A DNA stretch of 64,000 nt from Callorhinchus milii (taxonomy: Eukaryota), in the NCBI RefSeq assembly GCF_018977255.1, contig NW_024704742.1, positions 24,368,001 through 24,432,000 of the forward strand. The letters are read 5' to 3'. The notes below the pieces were generated by a model, which saw nothing but the letters and a program-made list of their open reading frames with translations, made no database searches and was not told the origin of the DNA. Positions 25,171-37,686 of the stretch are shown in pieces. The translations under genes and the position numbers were made by a program. Position 1 is the first letter of the stretch. Each line of letters opens with the position of its first letter.

Positions 25171-25334
25171 ATGAGAAATGTACTGATTTCAGGAGAGCTG
25201 ATTCTAGGGCAGCGAGGGAAGAGATGGGAACCCTAAATTGAGGAGTAATTGCCAGGGGAGAGAAATAAAAGACTTTAAAGGACTATGTAGGTTTTTCAAA
25301 GCTGCATTAAAGAGGGTGGTCTAATAGAGTGGCA

Positions 25335-26225
25335 GAAGTCCCAACTGTCAATAGTGGGTCGGGCAAAGCGGGGGACGTGAAGCAGGCCGGAGCCTGTTGA
25401 GCGGAGGGAGCAGGCAGGATGGTAGGGGGTTAGGAGGTCGCAGAGGTAGGGGGCAGCAAAGCCATGGAGGGCTTTGAAGGTGAGAACCAGGATCTTGAAC
25501 TGTATCCTCTAACTGATGGGAAGCCAGTGGAGTTGGGCAAGGATGGGGATGATAGGATCACGGAGCCTGGTGCGGGAGAGGATCTTTTGATCACTTTCCT
25601 ACGGAGGGAAGTGTTGGGGAGGCCGACAAGCAATGAGTTTTACATAGTCAAGCCTCGATGTTATGAATGCGTGTATGAAGGTTTCGATGGCCTGCGGTGT
25701 GAGACAGTGGCGGAGCTGGGTGACATTGCGGAGATGGGGGAAGGCAGAGCGAGTCATTGCACGGATTTGGGGTAGAAAGGATAGTTGAGGTCAAACAAGA
25801 CATCAAAGTTCCAGACTGGCTTAGCAAGGTGGAGTGTGCAACCATGGATGGTGATACTGTCAGCGCCTGAGGTGAGGAGGCGCTGACAGTGGCCAATCAG
25901 GAGAGCCTCGGTCTTGTTGACATTCATCTGTAGAAAGTTAGCTCTCATCCAGGACTTGATGTCTGATAGACATTCAGTCAGGACAGCAGTGGTCCTGGGT
26001 CCTGGAGTCAAGGGTGGAGGCAGAGAGGTACAGTTGGGTGTCATCTGCATACATGTGGAAGTTGATTCCATCTCTGTGGTTGATGTCACCAAGAGGGAGC
26101 ATATAGATGTTGAAGAGGAGGGGACCAAAGACAGAATCCTGAGGAACGCCACACAAGATGGTGTGGGGGCTAGAGGAGAAACAACACAGCAATCGGGAGA
26201 CACAGAGGGAGAGTTTGACGTAGTC
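25335..26225 (-). mobile_element. L2 LINE reverse transcriptase fragment (pseudogenised)
   Basis: [22 protein letters not shown]...[13 protein letters not shown] (YADD motif); CLSDIKSWMRANFLQMNVNKTEALLIG; frameshifts. Confidence 0.93.
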
Positions 26226-26945
26226 ATAGCAAATGGAGAAAATAATCTCTGGCTGTGATTCTAGAGAGGACGCGGTCTGGTCGTTAAGATTGAAAGAGGT
26301 GATATTGCTGACAGGAGCTGCTTGTGTTTGGGCATTCAAAAGTGTTTTTTAAATGATAGTTTTCACTCTGGGTGTGAATAGTATTCCCAAGAATACAAAG
26401 CTAAGAGAAAACATTGGTTAGGTGGAGTGCTGCAATCTTCAGCAAACATGTCTCTAGTGGAATGAGGGCGATACAGGCAGTGAAGATAATGTTATTAAGT
26501 CCTTTTTTTTAAATGGCTTTAGCTATCAACCTGTTGACTGGGTGGGGTGGGAGTGAAGAGAAATTCCACCTGAGCTTGGATTTCTTCTATTTAAGCAGCA
26601 TTTCAGAGTTTCCAGAATTTGGTAAATTTATAAATACAGCTGTAATTTTAAAGGTGTTTTTCTGTAAATTCTGTTTAGAATTATAGAAAAGTGGATTCAA
26701 AGTTGAGACTGAATTTTAACAATTTGCCAAATTTAAGACTCTCTGAAATACAGGAAACTCCTGATAACCCGTCACTCCAAGGGAAAAGAGCTCAGCAATG
26801 TAGTGAGTTAGGGTTCTGTATAAATAAACGTGGCTGGGATATTGACAGCATGATGACTTAAGTGGTAGTTATAAGCCAGGGTCAAGGTAGCAGGAGTTTA
26901 CTCCATTATTATTATTGATCATAATAAGGTTGTTTCAAATGTTTC

Positions 26946-27240
26946 AACAACAACAACAACAAGATTCCATTTATAAAGCGCCTTTCACGTCAGGAGGACG
27001 TCCCAAGGCGCTGCACAATTGGGTCAGGACCCGAGCAGGGGGGAAATGGTGAGGGGAGGGAAGGGAGGGAGCGAGGAGGGGGGAAATGGTCAGGGTGAGG
27101 GGAGGGAAGGGAGGGAGCAAGGAGGGGGAAGAGAGTCGAGAGGGGAGCTGAAGGCTCGGTCAAAGAGAAAGGTTTTGAGACCGGCCTTGAAGGAGGAGAG
27201 GGAGGAAGCAAGGCCATGGCACTGGGGGATGGAGTTCATG
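26946..27240 (-). mobile_element. L2 LINE 3' end
   Basis: LASSLSSFKAGLKTFLFDRAF; tail stem-loop; (CAA)n. Confidence 0.85.
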
Positions 27241-27539
27241 GGGTTGCTGCAAAATGTAGTGATTGTGTATTTTGTAGGCAAATACGGCAGCCAATTTATG
27301 TTGAACAATGTCCCACAATGCTATATAAATATGACTTTAAGTGGAGTAAATCTGAACCCAGGTGGAATTTTTTTTATTTTCCCCGATTGGTATATCTGTC
27401 AACTTGACATTTTCAGTGACGTCAATATAATGTAAAAAAAACTTGGTGAGAATATGGGCCAAGTCCAATCAGGAAAGGAAGGTCATAGCTACAATTTTAC
27501 TGTGTATGATATCTTTGGCAGCTGAGAATAGGGAAGTGA

Positions 27540-27790
27540 ATGCTATACTGTACTAATAGATTTTATAGAGCCTGCTTGATAAGATTTGTTCACAGGAGAG
27601 TGTTATTGAAGTGAAAGCTCATAGATTGCATGAAGAAGTTGTAAATTGGATTCATTGATTAAGTAACTAAAACCCTGTGTGATTCCCACTGATGGTGGCT
27701 TGAATTAGATCATCGCTGCTTGCAGTTTTTTTTCAAGGAAAAGGTACTGAGACCCTGCTGTTTATATCATTAATGATCTTGTTGAAGGTG
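27540..27790 (+). mobile_element. Very old CR1 RT fragment
   Basis: Decayed AFDKV.H.R and VL.PLLF...INDL motifs. Confidence 0.5.
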
Positions 27791-27805
27791 CAATCAGTAG
27801 TAGTC

Positions 27806-28028
27806 TTTCTCTCTCTCCCTCTCTTGTTCCTCATTCTCCTATCTCTCTCTCTATCTCTCTTTCAATCTCCCTCCTCGTTCTCTCCTATCTCTCTCTCTTC
27901 ATTCTCTCTAACAGGTCTCTATTTCCCTCCTCGTTCTCCACTCTCTCTCTCTCTGTCTGTTTTTCCTTGAATTCTCCTATCTCTCCTTGTTGTCTCTCTT
28001 TGTTCTTTCCTATCTCTCTCTCTCCTCT
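27806..28028. repeat. CT-rich low-complexity polypyrimidine tract
   Basis: Read directly from the sequence. Confidence 0.9.
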
Positions 28029-29115
28029 AATATTTGTTTCCAGACAGACATAATTGAGATAATTGATGCAGAATGAACAGTGTTTGTTGAGCCTGCTCCA
28101 CATATCCAATATTCTGGGGGAATAATTTAAATTACTAGTACTGCTTGAGGCTTTTTAATTAAAGTAATGCCCTCTGGTTCGACTTAAATCTATGTATGGC
28201 TGACAGTGTTTTTCTCAACAACCTTAATTCTCTTATTCGCCTATTCATCTCGTTCATTCTCTAATCCCCTCCCTATTTTTAAATCCTACCTTAAGACATA
28301 ACTCTTTGCTTTTGGTCATCTTCCCCCCCTCCCCCAACCCTTCTCAGCTCCCCCCAACCCCTTTTCAGCTCCCGGCAACCCTTCTCAGCTGCCCCCCCGC
28401 TCAGTTGTGTGAAGTGGTTTGAGACTTTCTACCAATGTGAAAGGCTCTATATAAATGTAAATTGCATTTTAGGATGTGATGACTTGAGACATGGGATTCA
28501 TAAATATATATGGTCCTCACTGGGCCAACGTCTGTTACGTATTAAGTGATATGGGGAAAATTATATGAATGTCAATTGCCCTTGTGTTTATCACAAGGAA
28601 AGCAGGCAGCTTTGGTTTACTAAATCTCATATGATTCACATGGCCCTTTTGGGTTAGGCCATTGAACTGATAATTTTTCCCCAACAGCCTTCTATAGCTT
28701 CTTACATGGTCATATTTGGGCCAGTGTTGGCTGGTCATTCAGAACTGAGTTGGTTTTAAAAGGACCAATTTCATGTTCCTGTGGAACGTGTACACATTTT
28801 ACAGATGTGCACAAACATTGGGAATGATTTCTAACATTCATCCCAAGAGACAAATGTGGAAATCTGTATATTGTGCATTAAAGTGGAAAAACCAGAAGGG
28901 TGGACTAATTTGTTCCAATTAAATAACTTGAATGAGGAAAGATCCTTTAGGGAGAGTTACAGCATCCGAACATGCATTTAGTTAGCTACCATCCTAGATC
29001 ACATTCTATTGTATGGAGCAAATGGTGACCATTTCTTTTTAATATCAATTAGATCAACCATGATCTGTACATTAACAGAAATAATAGCCCATGTCTGTCT
29101 CTTTGAGTCCCCTTT

Positions 29116-29427
29116 TAATAATAATAATCCTTGCATTTGATATAGCGCTTTTCACGTCGGGAGGACGTCCCAAAGCGCTTCACAGAACACACTGTAAAGT
29201 GAATTGACTGTATATTTGTGGGCGAACGCAATTGCGCAAAGCAGTGTCCCACAAACAGTCGTAGATTGAAAATGACCAATTTAATTATTGTTTTTGTTTT
29301 TTTGGAGGGATTATTATTAGGCGTGTGGAATAAGGAAACTTGCCCAAGGTTTCGCCCTGCCTGGAATTGAACTCAGGTCTCTCACTTGCAAAGCGAGTGC
29401 TCTAACCACTGAGCTACAGGACTCCAC
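29116..29427 (-). mobile_element. Young SINE, full length (small internal deletion)
   Basis: Reverse complement of the 3648 element; lacks ggcagcc in the body. Confidence 0.95.
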
Positions 29428-29789
29428 AGATGATTTGTGATGGGAAGAAAAGAACTTTTAAGACTGTGATCAATAACAAATAAAAAATCTATATGCTGAT
29501 AAACAACACATACAAGCAAATTATATTTGCTTTTAAAAGGAAATAAAACAAGCATGTGAAAAAGCAAAGTATAACCGAATAATAATCCTGCATTTCATAT
29601 GGCACCCTATCACGGCATCGAGACATCTCAAATTATATTGTAAAGTGGTGACTCTGTGTAGTTTGTAGATGAAGGAAAAAGGGGAGTGAGGCTAAAAAGA
29701 GAACTTTTACAGAGAGCTGGCATAGGCTCATTGGCTCAAACATTTGCCTTTTGTGCTGAAAAAGTCTATAATTCTGTATTACCATAAGA

Positions 29790-30030
29790 TGAAGTTCCAT
29801 CTGCCTGTTCAGGTGGATGTTAAAGATACCATGGCACTATTCGAAAAGAGAAAGGAGGTTCTCTCTGTGTTCTGTCCTACAAACCTCCAGATATAATTGA
29901 TCATTCACTTCATGGCTCTTTATGGGACAGTGCGTGCAAATTGGAGCCGCATTCAGCTACAAAATACTCAGGTCACTCCACTTTAAGACGTCCCCAATTT
30001 AAAAGATGAAATATATCAAATGTAAGGACT
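29790..30030 (+). mobile_element. Deu-domain SINE 3' half
   Basis: ccatctgcctgttcaggtggatgttaaagataccatggcactattcgaa (Deu core) plus tail. Confidence 0.75.
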
Positions 30031-31559
30031 GTCGTTTGGTTTGATGTGGGAATTATCACATATTAGATGTATAAATATTAGAAAAGAAATTTTCTACCCC
30101 CATATCTGTGGCCCTTTGTGAAATCAGGTGATCAATATAGTATTGCGCCTTTGGGTTGACACCATCTAAATCAACATAATTCTAAATTTAGGAATGAACT
30201 GGAGGTGGGGAGAGGTCAGAGACATTAGCTAATATAAGAACGAGCGGAGCTGGGAAGCAGCTCATAATAATCATCTTTATATCAAATTACAGCATTGAAG
30301 TCCCACCGGAATAGCTATTATCTTTATAACATATACTATGAAGTTCACTGGATGGTTATTATTTTGTTTTGAGGTTGGGTTCTTTATGCCAGAGGCTGTC
30401 ATGGCGGATATTTATATCGCTGAGCTCTGTGTTTTTATGATGTCATTTGCCCAGAAAGATTAATGACTGAAGTGTAATTGCTGAGTTTTTACCCAGTCAT
30501 AATTGATGGTCAATACCTTGGTAAGCAATAAACTCAGTTACTCCGTAATACTGTATGTTCCCAATGACGAGAAGCCTGAAGACTAGGGAAGATACAGGGA
30601 ACCTTAAATCCATGTTTTTAGGTTCCCTGTGTGTTGGAGTTTTTGTACAAAGGGCCTTGGGTGTTAGTTCAGTCAGTGACTACACTATGAGAAGAGCAAT
30701 GGTGAATGGCTCTTTGGTGTTCACTCTGGAGCAGGAAGTCCAGCTGTTGTGGAGCCGGTAGTGCAGATGTCACTCAGGCAACGGTTTGTTTCACTGCGCA
30801 GAAGTTTTTGTACCTCTGAGGTTGCCACAATGGGCATCTAATGGCTAGTAAAACTCCCCGAGGATCTCCTACGGGATGAATTGTAAACTCACAACTCCCC
30901 ATGAAACAGATGACGGGGTTGATCTCAGCGGCCTCAGCTCAAAATCCAATGGTGGTATTTGAGAACAAATAGTCATATAATAAATAATCCTTGCATTTGA
31001 TCCAGTGGCTTATCATGTTATAGAGATGTCTCAGAGCGCTTTACAGGATTTTACTGTTGAGTGTAGTGATTGTGTTTAATTTGTGGATGAAATGAACATC
31101 ATCACCACCAAACCTCAAATTGCACGATTTGAGACAAGCCACGACAGTTTTCCAGAAGCCTTGATTTCTATGAGTATGAGTCAGAAATGTACAAGGTAGC
31201 AAACATCTGATCTAGAAGAACAGGCTTCTACAAGTACAGAAACAGAAATGGGTGGCAGTCTCCGTAGTTCTTCTCCTTCTGCTCACGAAGAATAAAACAC
31301 AGTCATTACACTTTACAGTGAATCCTGTGAAATGTTTTGAGGTATCCTCCTACATTAAAAGCGCTATACCAATTGTAAGGATAGTTATTATGTTTGATTA
31401 ATACCACATGAGAACAGTGATGGTGATCTCAGTGCTTCTTCAAGACGTTTCAGAAGAATTTTTCGGTGCTGAACAGGGGTTGTTTTCCAGCAAAGATTTT
31501 AGGACATCATTTCAGTAACTCGTCAAAGTTGCAGGTTTTGTTTTGCAGAAACTCTTCTT

Positions 31560-32245
31560 GATGCCCTATTTTTATTCACCAACTGGTAAAGAAATTACTT
31601 TCTGGTGTCCATCCTGAAACTACCCTTTGCAACCCTAAATAAATCTAAACGTGTCTTCTCTTCTGCCTTTCTCGGTGCATCTGAAGTATTGTTCTGAGTT
31701 TACTTTCCAATCCAATTTAAAATCTACAATAAACCCATACTGTTCCCACTCTGAGAAAGCTCTTCAAAACTGAAGAACCTAGCTGATCTCTCTAACACTG
31801 GGTATAATCCTCATTGCACTGCCTCAAGAACCTGGACAGACCCCTTGTGTCATGGTGATCTGAACTATACGCACCTATACTATACACTATATAGCTCCAT
31901 CCTTCAGATGAGACCCATCCTTCGGATGAGACATTAAACCGAGATCCCATCTGCCTGTTTAGGTGGGCAATAAATATCTCATGGCACTATTCAGAAAGAG
32001 GAGGGAGTTTCTCCCGGTATCCTGGCCAATAAAAAAAAGTTGGTCATTCATTCCATGGCTGTTTGTTGGACAACTGCCTGACGCATTTCACCCATAAACT
32101 ACACTTTAAGTATATCCTGTGAAGCGCTTTGAGACGTCTCATGATGCGATAAGGCGCTATATCAAATCCAAAAATTATTAGTATTGAATATGATTTCTGG
32201 GGATTGAATTTAATTGATTTGGCAATGTAACTCAACATCCTGTTT
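31560..32245 (-). mobile_element. CR1 fragment interrupted by a Deu-SINE
   Basis: CR1-like minus-strand sequence on both sides (NRMLSYIAKSI near 32240). Confidence 0.6.
31895..32182 (+). mobile_element. Deu-domain SINE 3' half
   Basis: cttcggatgagacattaaaccgagatcccatctgcc...catggcactatt...cctggccaat plus L2-type tail; 18-bp tandem duplication at its start. Confidence 0.8.
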
Positions 32246-34384
32246 CATTGTATATTATCGCCTCTCACTGCTCTGATATCATCTGAGGTGATTTGCTTTA
32301 ATATAAGACCTCTAGCAAAGGAGGCAGCGTATGTAAACTGGGAGTGTCCGAGACTCCTAGATAAAAAGACAAAGGAACAGGAATTGATGGAATGGGAGAG
32401 CTCTGCTGCTTCTCTCTGAATATTATTATGGGTGGGAGGCTTCAGATTGGCTGAGAAGCATTTAGTTTGTCTTTGCCTCAGAGCTGCTACTGTGAAGGCA
32501 AGAGATCCCGGGGGGAAAATATAAATTTCCCCACCGAACAGCTGAATTGTAATGTGCACAAAATAATATCAATAATAAACCAAAATGTTTTGAAAGCATA
32601 TGGTTTCTTTATCGAACTATTCTTCAAATGTATTTTTGTGGCTGCTGAATGTTGCAACATGATAGAAATGTAGAAATTTCTGCCCATTTCCCATTGTGCC
32701 AATGTCATGCTAGATTCCCATTGCAGTTACCTACTGTGATCCTCTTAGTTTGCTCTTTCGACCTATCTTTAACTGTACATTTCACTCTCTGTTATGTGAA
32801 GAACTTTCTCTTTGATTGTGCCTACGGCCACTTCGCTTTTCTCCCTAATTTGGCGTCAAACTCTGCCATTGTTAAATGCTCAGACCCTGCCAAGCATCAA
32901 GGGCAAATGCAAGTGGTATTGTGTTATGATTAACGTGGCTGCATTGGTCACTCGTGATGATGGCGATCACATGAAAACATGTAATTGGATCCTCAAGGGA
33001 GGAATTCACAGTAGGCTGCTCTACCTCTGAGCAGTTTCAGTGGCTTAACACATCACGGACTTTGATAAAAGGCTGCAATGGCTGATGATAGAATACAATA
33101 CCTTCAGTTCCTGGAACAGGTTTGATCATTGGGTGGGTACTAAAAGGAGACTGTGCACTTCCACATGCTACACAGGTACTGGATTCAGTTCACTGAATAC
33201 CACTCAGTAACTGAAATTGTATGGACTCAGTCATACATTAACAGTGAGTGCACTATCTGTGTGGATGTACACAAACATCAGCTAATCACTTTTTCTTGTT
33301 TCTCCACTACGGTTTTGCAATTTTATCTTCATATAAAGCTTTAAAAACCATGCTGGTAATAAATTGTCCCTAGACTACTCTGTAAAGTGCTCACAGGCAT
33401 TGTGACAAGATGAGTACTATATCAAATGCAAGGATCGTTATTATTTAAGATTGGTAATGCACTCACATCACTGTGAACTCCTGTTTGTAGTAATCTGTTA
33501 AAGTGCATTGCAAAATGCCTCCCAGATGAAAGAGTCCCTTTAAGTGCGCAGCTGTCAAAGCCAGTCTAGACATTTTAAAATATCCAAACTCTCCAGGGTT
33601 TGACTCTGAACGCTTCTTCTGTGCACTGTAGTCATGACGTATTTCAGTCAAAAAAATAGCTTGCACTTATATAGCACCTTTCACATGGAATAACATCTCA
33701 TAGCATTCACAGAGACTGGGTGGAAATAAAAAAACCTTGCATTTGATCTGAACAACATAAGAATTAGGTTGGGGTGGGGGAGGAATAGAAGGAGGTAACC
33801 AAAGGCCTGACCTAAAAAGTCAGATTTTAGAAGGGGAGGGTTTTAAAAACTGAGATGCAGGGAGCGAGATGGAGGGAACTCCAGAAAGCTGGGATTTAAT
33901 TTTGCATTTGCATCCAATTCTCACCATTAAAAACCTGCAGCTAATCTGCTAATAGATCCCCTAATCCACTCAATTTAACAACTGCTCTTTCACAAGACAC
34001 TGGAGTTTAGCCTCTTATTATATCTTACTTGCTCCCTCTCTATACATTCCAATATATAAAATATTAGTTTTGTACCTCAGTCTGTTTATGAAATTGTCTG
34101 GACTCAATCATGCATTAGCAACAAATTAACTGTGTGTGCATATATATATATTATATATATATGTATATTTTAATTTAAACATCAGCCAAGGTTTGAAGAC
34201 ATGGCTGATGCATTGTATCTTGAGCCTTCGCCCAGTTTCTCAATATTAATAAAAAGTTTCACACAATGGTAAAAATTCTCATAATAAATTAGTCACCTAC
34301 CATCTGAGCATCTCTTGCCACCAATGTAAAGGTTTGTAGAACAGGAGCACGTGACTGCAATGATTAGACAAGATCAGTCCTGAG

Positions 34385-34720
34385 TGAAGATGACTCAGTG
34401 GACCTTGTAGAGGTGTGTAACATTTTAAATGGGATTGAAAAAGTAAACCTAGAACAATACTTTAGGATGACCAATACAGTAGAATAAGAGGACATAGATT
34501 TACAATTACAAGGGGCAGTTTCAGGATAGGTACCAGTTATTTTTTTTTTCCCCCAGAGGATAATTAATGACTGGAACAGATTGCTAGGGAGGGTGGTTGA
34601 GGCCATGACATCAAAGGCGTTTAAAAAGCAGCTTGCTGATATTATAGGGGGACAGTAGGTTGGGTTTTCTGGAGATATGAGATCAGATGAGTATCTTCAT
34701 CTAAACCAATCTTGGAATCT
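34385..34720 (+). mobile_element. CR1 LINE 3' end
   Basis: DLVEVCNILNGIEKVN and FFPQRIINDWNRL motifs. Confidence 0.75.
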
Positions 34721-35174
34721 GCATGGACTCTAACCTCAAGATAATAATATTGTAATATAATTAAACCTTGAATCAGAATAAGAACCAGGAGAATTCAGGG
34801 ACACAAAGATATCCTTCAGTCACGACACCCACTTCCCTTTACAAATACAGCCAAATGTCTTGCAAGCCACTTAACCTTAGCAGCATACCTATTTAATTGC
34901 CTGGTTTATGATAACCTTAAATTTTGTCAGCCGTACATGGAAGGTAAACCACAGGGAGCTTTGGATTACATGATCTATTAATGAAAGGACATGCAGGGTG
35001 CTGGGTGTGCCACTCAGGAACTGCTAGTCACAAACCTGGAAGCTTGAAATTCCACTTAGTCAGTGTGAGACTAATTTGTCTTAGCAAACCCCGGCTTGTC
35101 CAGCGCCTTGAGACGTCCTCCCAATGTAAATTTGAATTGTGTTGTAACATTTAAAATGCCTCATAATTTTGGCA

Positions 35175-35420
35175 AGGCAAGCGAGAGGCCTGGGTTCAAT
35201 TCCTGGCAGGGCGAAACCTTGGACAAGTTTCCTTACTCCGCATGCCTGATAATAATCCCTCAAGAAAAAATAATAATAAATTGGTCACTTCAATCGATGA
35301 ATATTTGTGGGACACTGCTGTGTGTAGTTGGCTGCTGCGTTTCGCCCACAAAATATACAGTCAATGTGAGATGTCTAGAAGACGTGAAAAGTGCTACATC
35401 AAATGCAAGGATTATTATTA
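35175..35420 (+). mobile_element. Diverged short-form SINE
   Basis: B box, body and tail with an internal deletion. Confidence 0.85.
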
Positions 35421-36499
35421 TATGTATATTTATTTATATAAAATATGGAAAACTTAAGTTTCGATGTGGAAGCCGGTTCATTTTAAGAACCGCAGAGAAC
35501 GGCTTCCAAACTAAGACTTGAATTTAAGAATTTTGCCGCAGTTTTGTGCCAGCTTAAATGATAAAACAAAATATTCCCAAGGTGGAATTTCAGGCCAATG
35601 ATGCCTTTGGTATGTACTGTGTCAAGAACCAAAGCACGGAAACAATTTGCTGTGGGGGCACCAAGCAAAGCCAATATTTTACAGATTTGCCTGTTAGTTT
35701 TGACATGTTGAACACGGCAGAATAAATGACAGGTTAATAAATCTGAACCCTCCGTGCTGGGCTCCCTGAAGATCTATAATTAACATTGTTAAATACACAG
35801 TTACCCTCTGATGAGCTCAGAAGCTGTGTGCTAATCCAATTCAAAATAATATTTGTATAAATCAACATCCATTACCCATCAGCTTCTATTGTGAAATTCA
35901 CACAGGAGACACATCACATTTAAATGTTATTGTGGCTATGGTCCCCAGGGTCCCAAATTTTGTTAAAAAAAGGAAATAATTCATGTTAGTTTGTAGCTTG
36001 CTTATGAAATCTATTCCAGGATATGCAGTGACTAAACTGTACATCATGGCAGTGGCTAGAAATTAGAACCTGGCCCAGTCACTGACGGTTTGGGATCTTC
36101 AAACTGAGCTGTACTGTATTGCTCTGACAAATGACGTGAGAGATGATCTGAGCTCAGAGTTTATATCACGCAGCGGTGGTGGGCGGGGGGGGGGGGGGGA
36201 GAACGGGAATGGGTGGAATATTTTGTTTGCAGCTTAACTGCACTGATTTTGATGATTTGCTGCTTGTTTCAAATAATAATAATCCTTGCATTTGATATAG
36301 CGCCTTTCATGTTGGGAGGCTGATTAAAATTTGCTGTCAAGAGTAGTGACTGTGTTTTTGTAGGTGAACAAGAGAAATGAGAAAGTCCAATAATAATCTC
36401 AAGTTGTTGCAGTTCTTGCACTAACGATGAGTAATCTGTGATCTCTCAACAAACACTGCTGATCAGTTTTTCTGCTGATTCTCAGGTCATTGTTTAAGG

Positions 36500-37345
36500 A
36501 CAGATGAGAGCTAATTTTCTTCAGTTGAACGTCAAGAAAACCGAGGCTCTCTTGATTGGCTCCCGTCAGCGCCTCCTCACCTCAGGCGCTGATAGCATCA
36601 CCATCCATGGTTGCACACTCCACCTTGCTACGCCAGTCTGGAACCTTGGCATTTTGTTTGACCCTCAACTATCCTTTCTACCCCACATCTGTGCCATGAC
36701 CGCTCTGCCTTCCCCCACCTCCGCAACATTGCCCGGCTCCGACACTGTCTCACGCTACAGGCCCCCGAAACACTCATACATGCTTTCATTACATCGAGGC
36801 TTGACTCTGGAAACTCATTGCTTGTCGACCTCCCCAACTCCTCCCTCCATAGGCTGCCATCTAGAACTCTGCAGCTCGTGTCCTCTCCCGTGACCCTATC
36901 ATTCCCATCCTTGCCCAACTCCACTGGCTTCCCATCACACAGAGGATACAGTTCAAGATCCTGATCCCCACCTTCAAAGCCTCCATGGTCTTGTTCCCCC
37001 CTACCTCTGCGACCTCCTAACCCCCTACCATCCGCTCAGCGGGTTCCGGCCTGCTTCACCTCCCCCGCCTCGCTCGCCCCACTATTGGCGGGCGGGCCTT
37101 CTGTCACTCTGCCCCAACCTTCTGGAACTCCATCCCACAGTCCCTCCGCCTCGCCTCCTTCAAGACCCACCTCAAGACCCTCCTCTTCGACCTTGCTTTT
37201 GATCTCCCTGCTTCCACCACCCTGCTCTTCACTGTCCCCGACCCCGACCCCCAGCTCGGGTCTGAAACTCTGTCTGTCCAGCGCCTTGGGATGTCCTCTC
37301 GACGTGAAAGGCACTATACAAATGTAATTTTGTTGTTGGTGGTGG
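36500..37345 (+). mobile_element. 5'-truncated L2 LINE with intact 3' end
   Basis: MRANFLQLNVKKTEALLIG...NLGILFDPQLSF; closely similar to 25335-25960; tail ends ttgttgttg. Confidence 0.93.
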
Positions 37346-37401
37346 TGTGAACAACTGAACCAACCCTGTGTCAGGCCTTGCTGGATCCAGATCTAACAAA
37401 A

Positions 37402-37686
37402 CCTGAAGGACGGCACCTCCAGTAATGCAATCCTAGAATCTTACAGCACAGAAGAAGGCCATTTGGCTCATTGTGCCTGTGCAAGCTCTTTGAAAGAGCT
37501 ATCCAACTAGTCCCACTCTTACCCCAAATCCCTTTTGAAAGCTACTATCAAATCTGCTTCTATCCCCTTTCAGGCAGTGCATTCCAGAATGATACCTAAC
37601 ATTGCACTGACATAGCAGCCTAGACTGTTGAAGTCCCAATGTGAGGGATTTGAACCTTTTGACTCAGAGGTGAAGGTGCTACCAAT
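37402..37686 (-). mobile_element. Deu-SINE 5' half split by a CR1 3'-end insertion (about 37433-37590)
   Basis: gaaggacggcacctcc (Deu), then tagaatcttacagcacagaagaaggccatt (CR1 terminus), then gatttgaacc...gactcagagg (tRNA head). Confidence 0.65.

Noticed and set aside
25754..26339. Functional reverse transcriptase gene
   Set aside because: Truncated and frameshifted; QG motif mutated to QD
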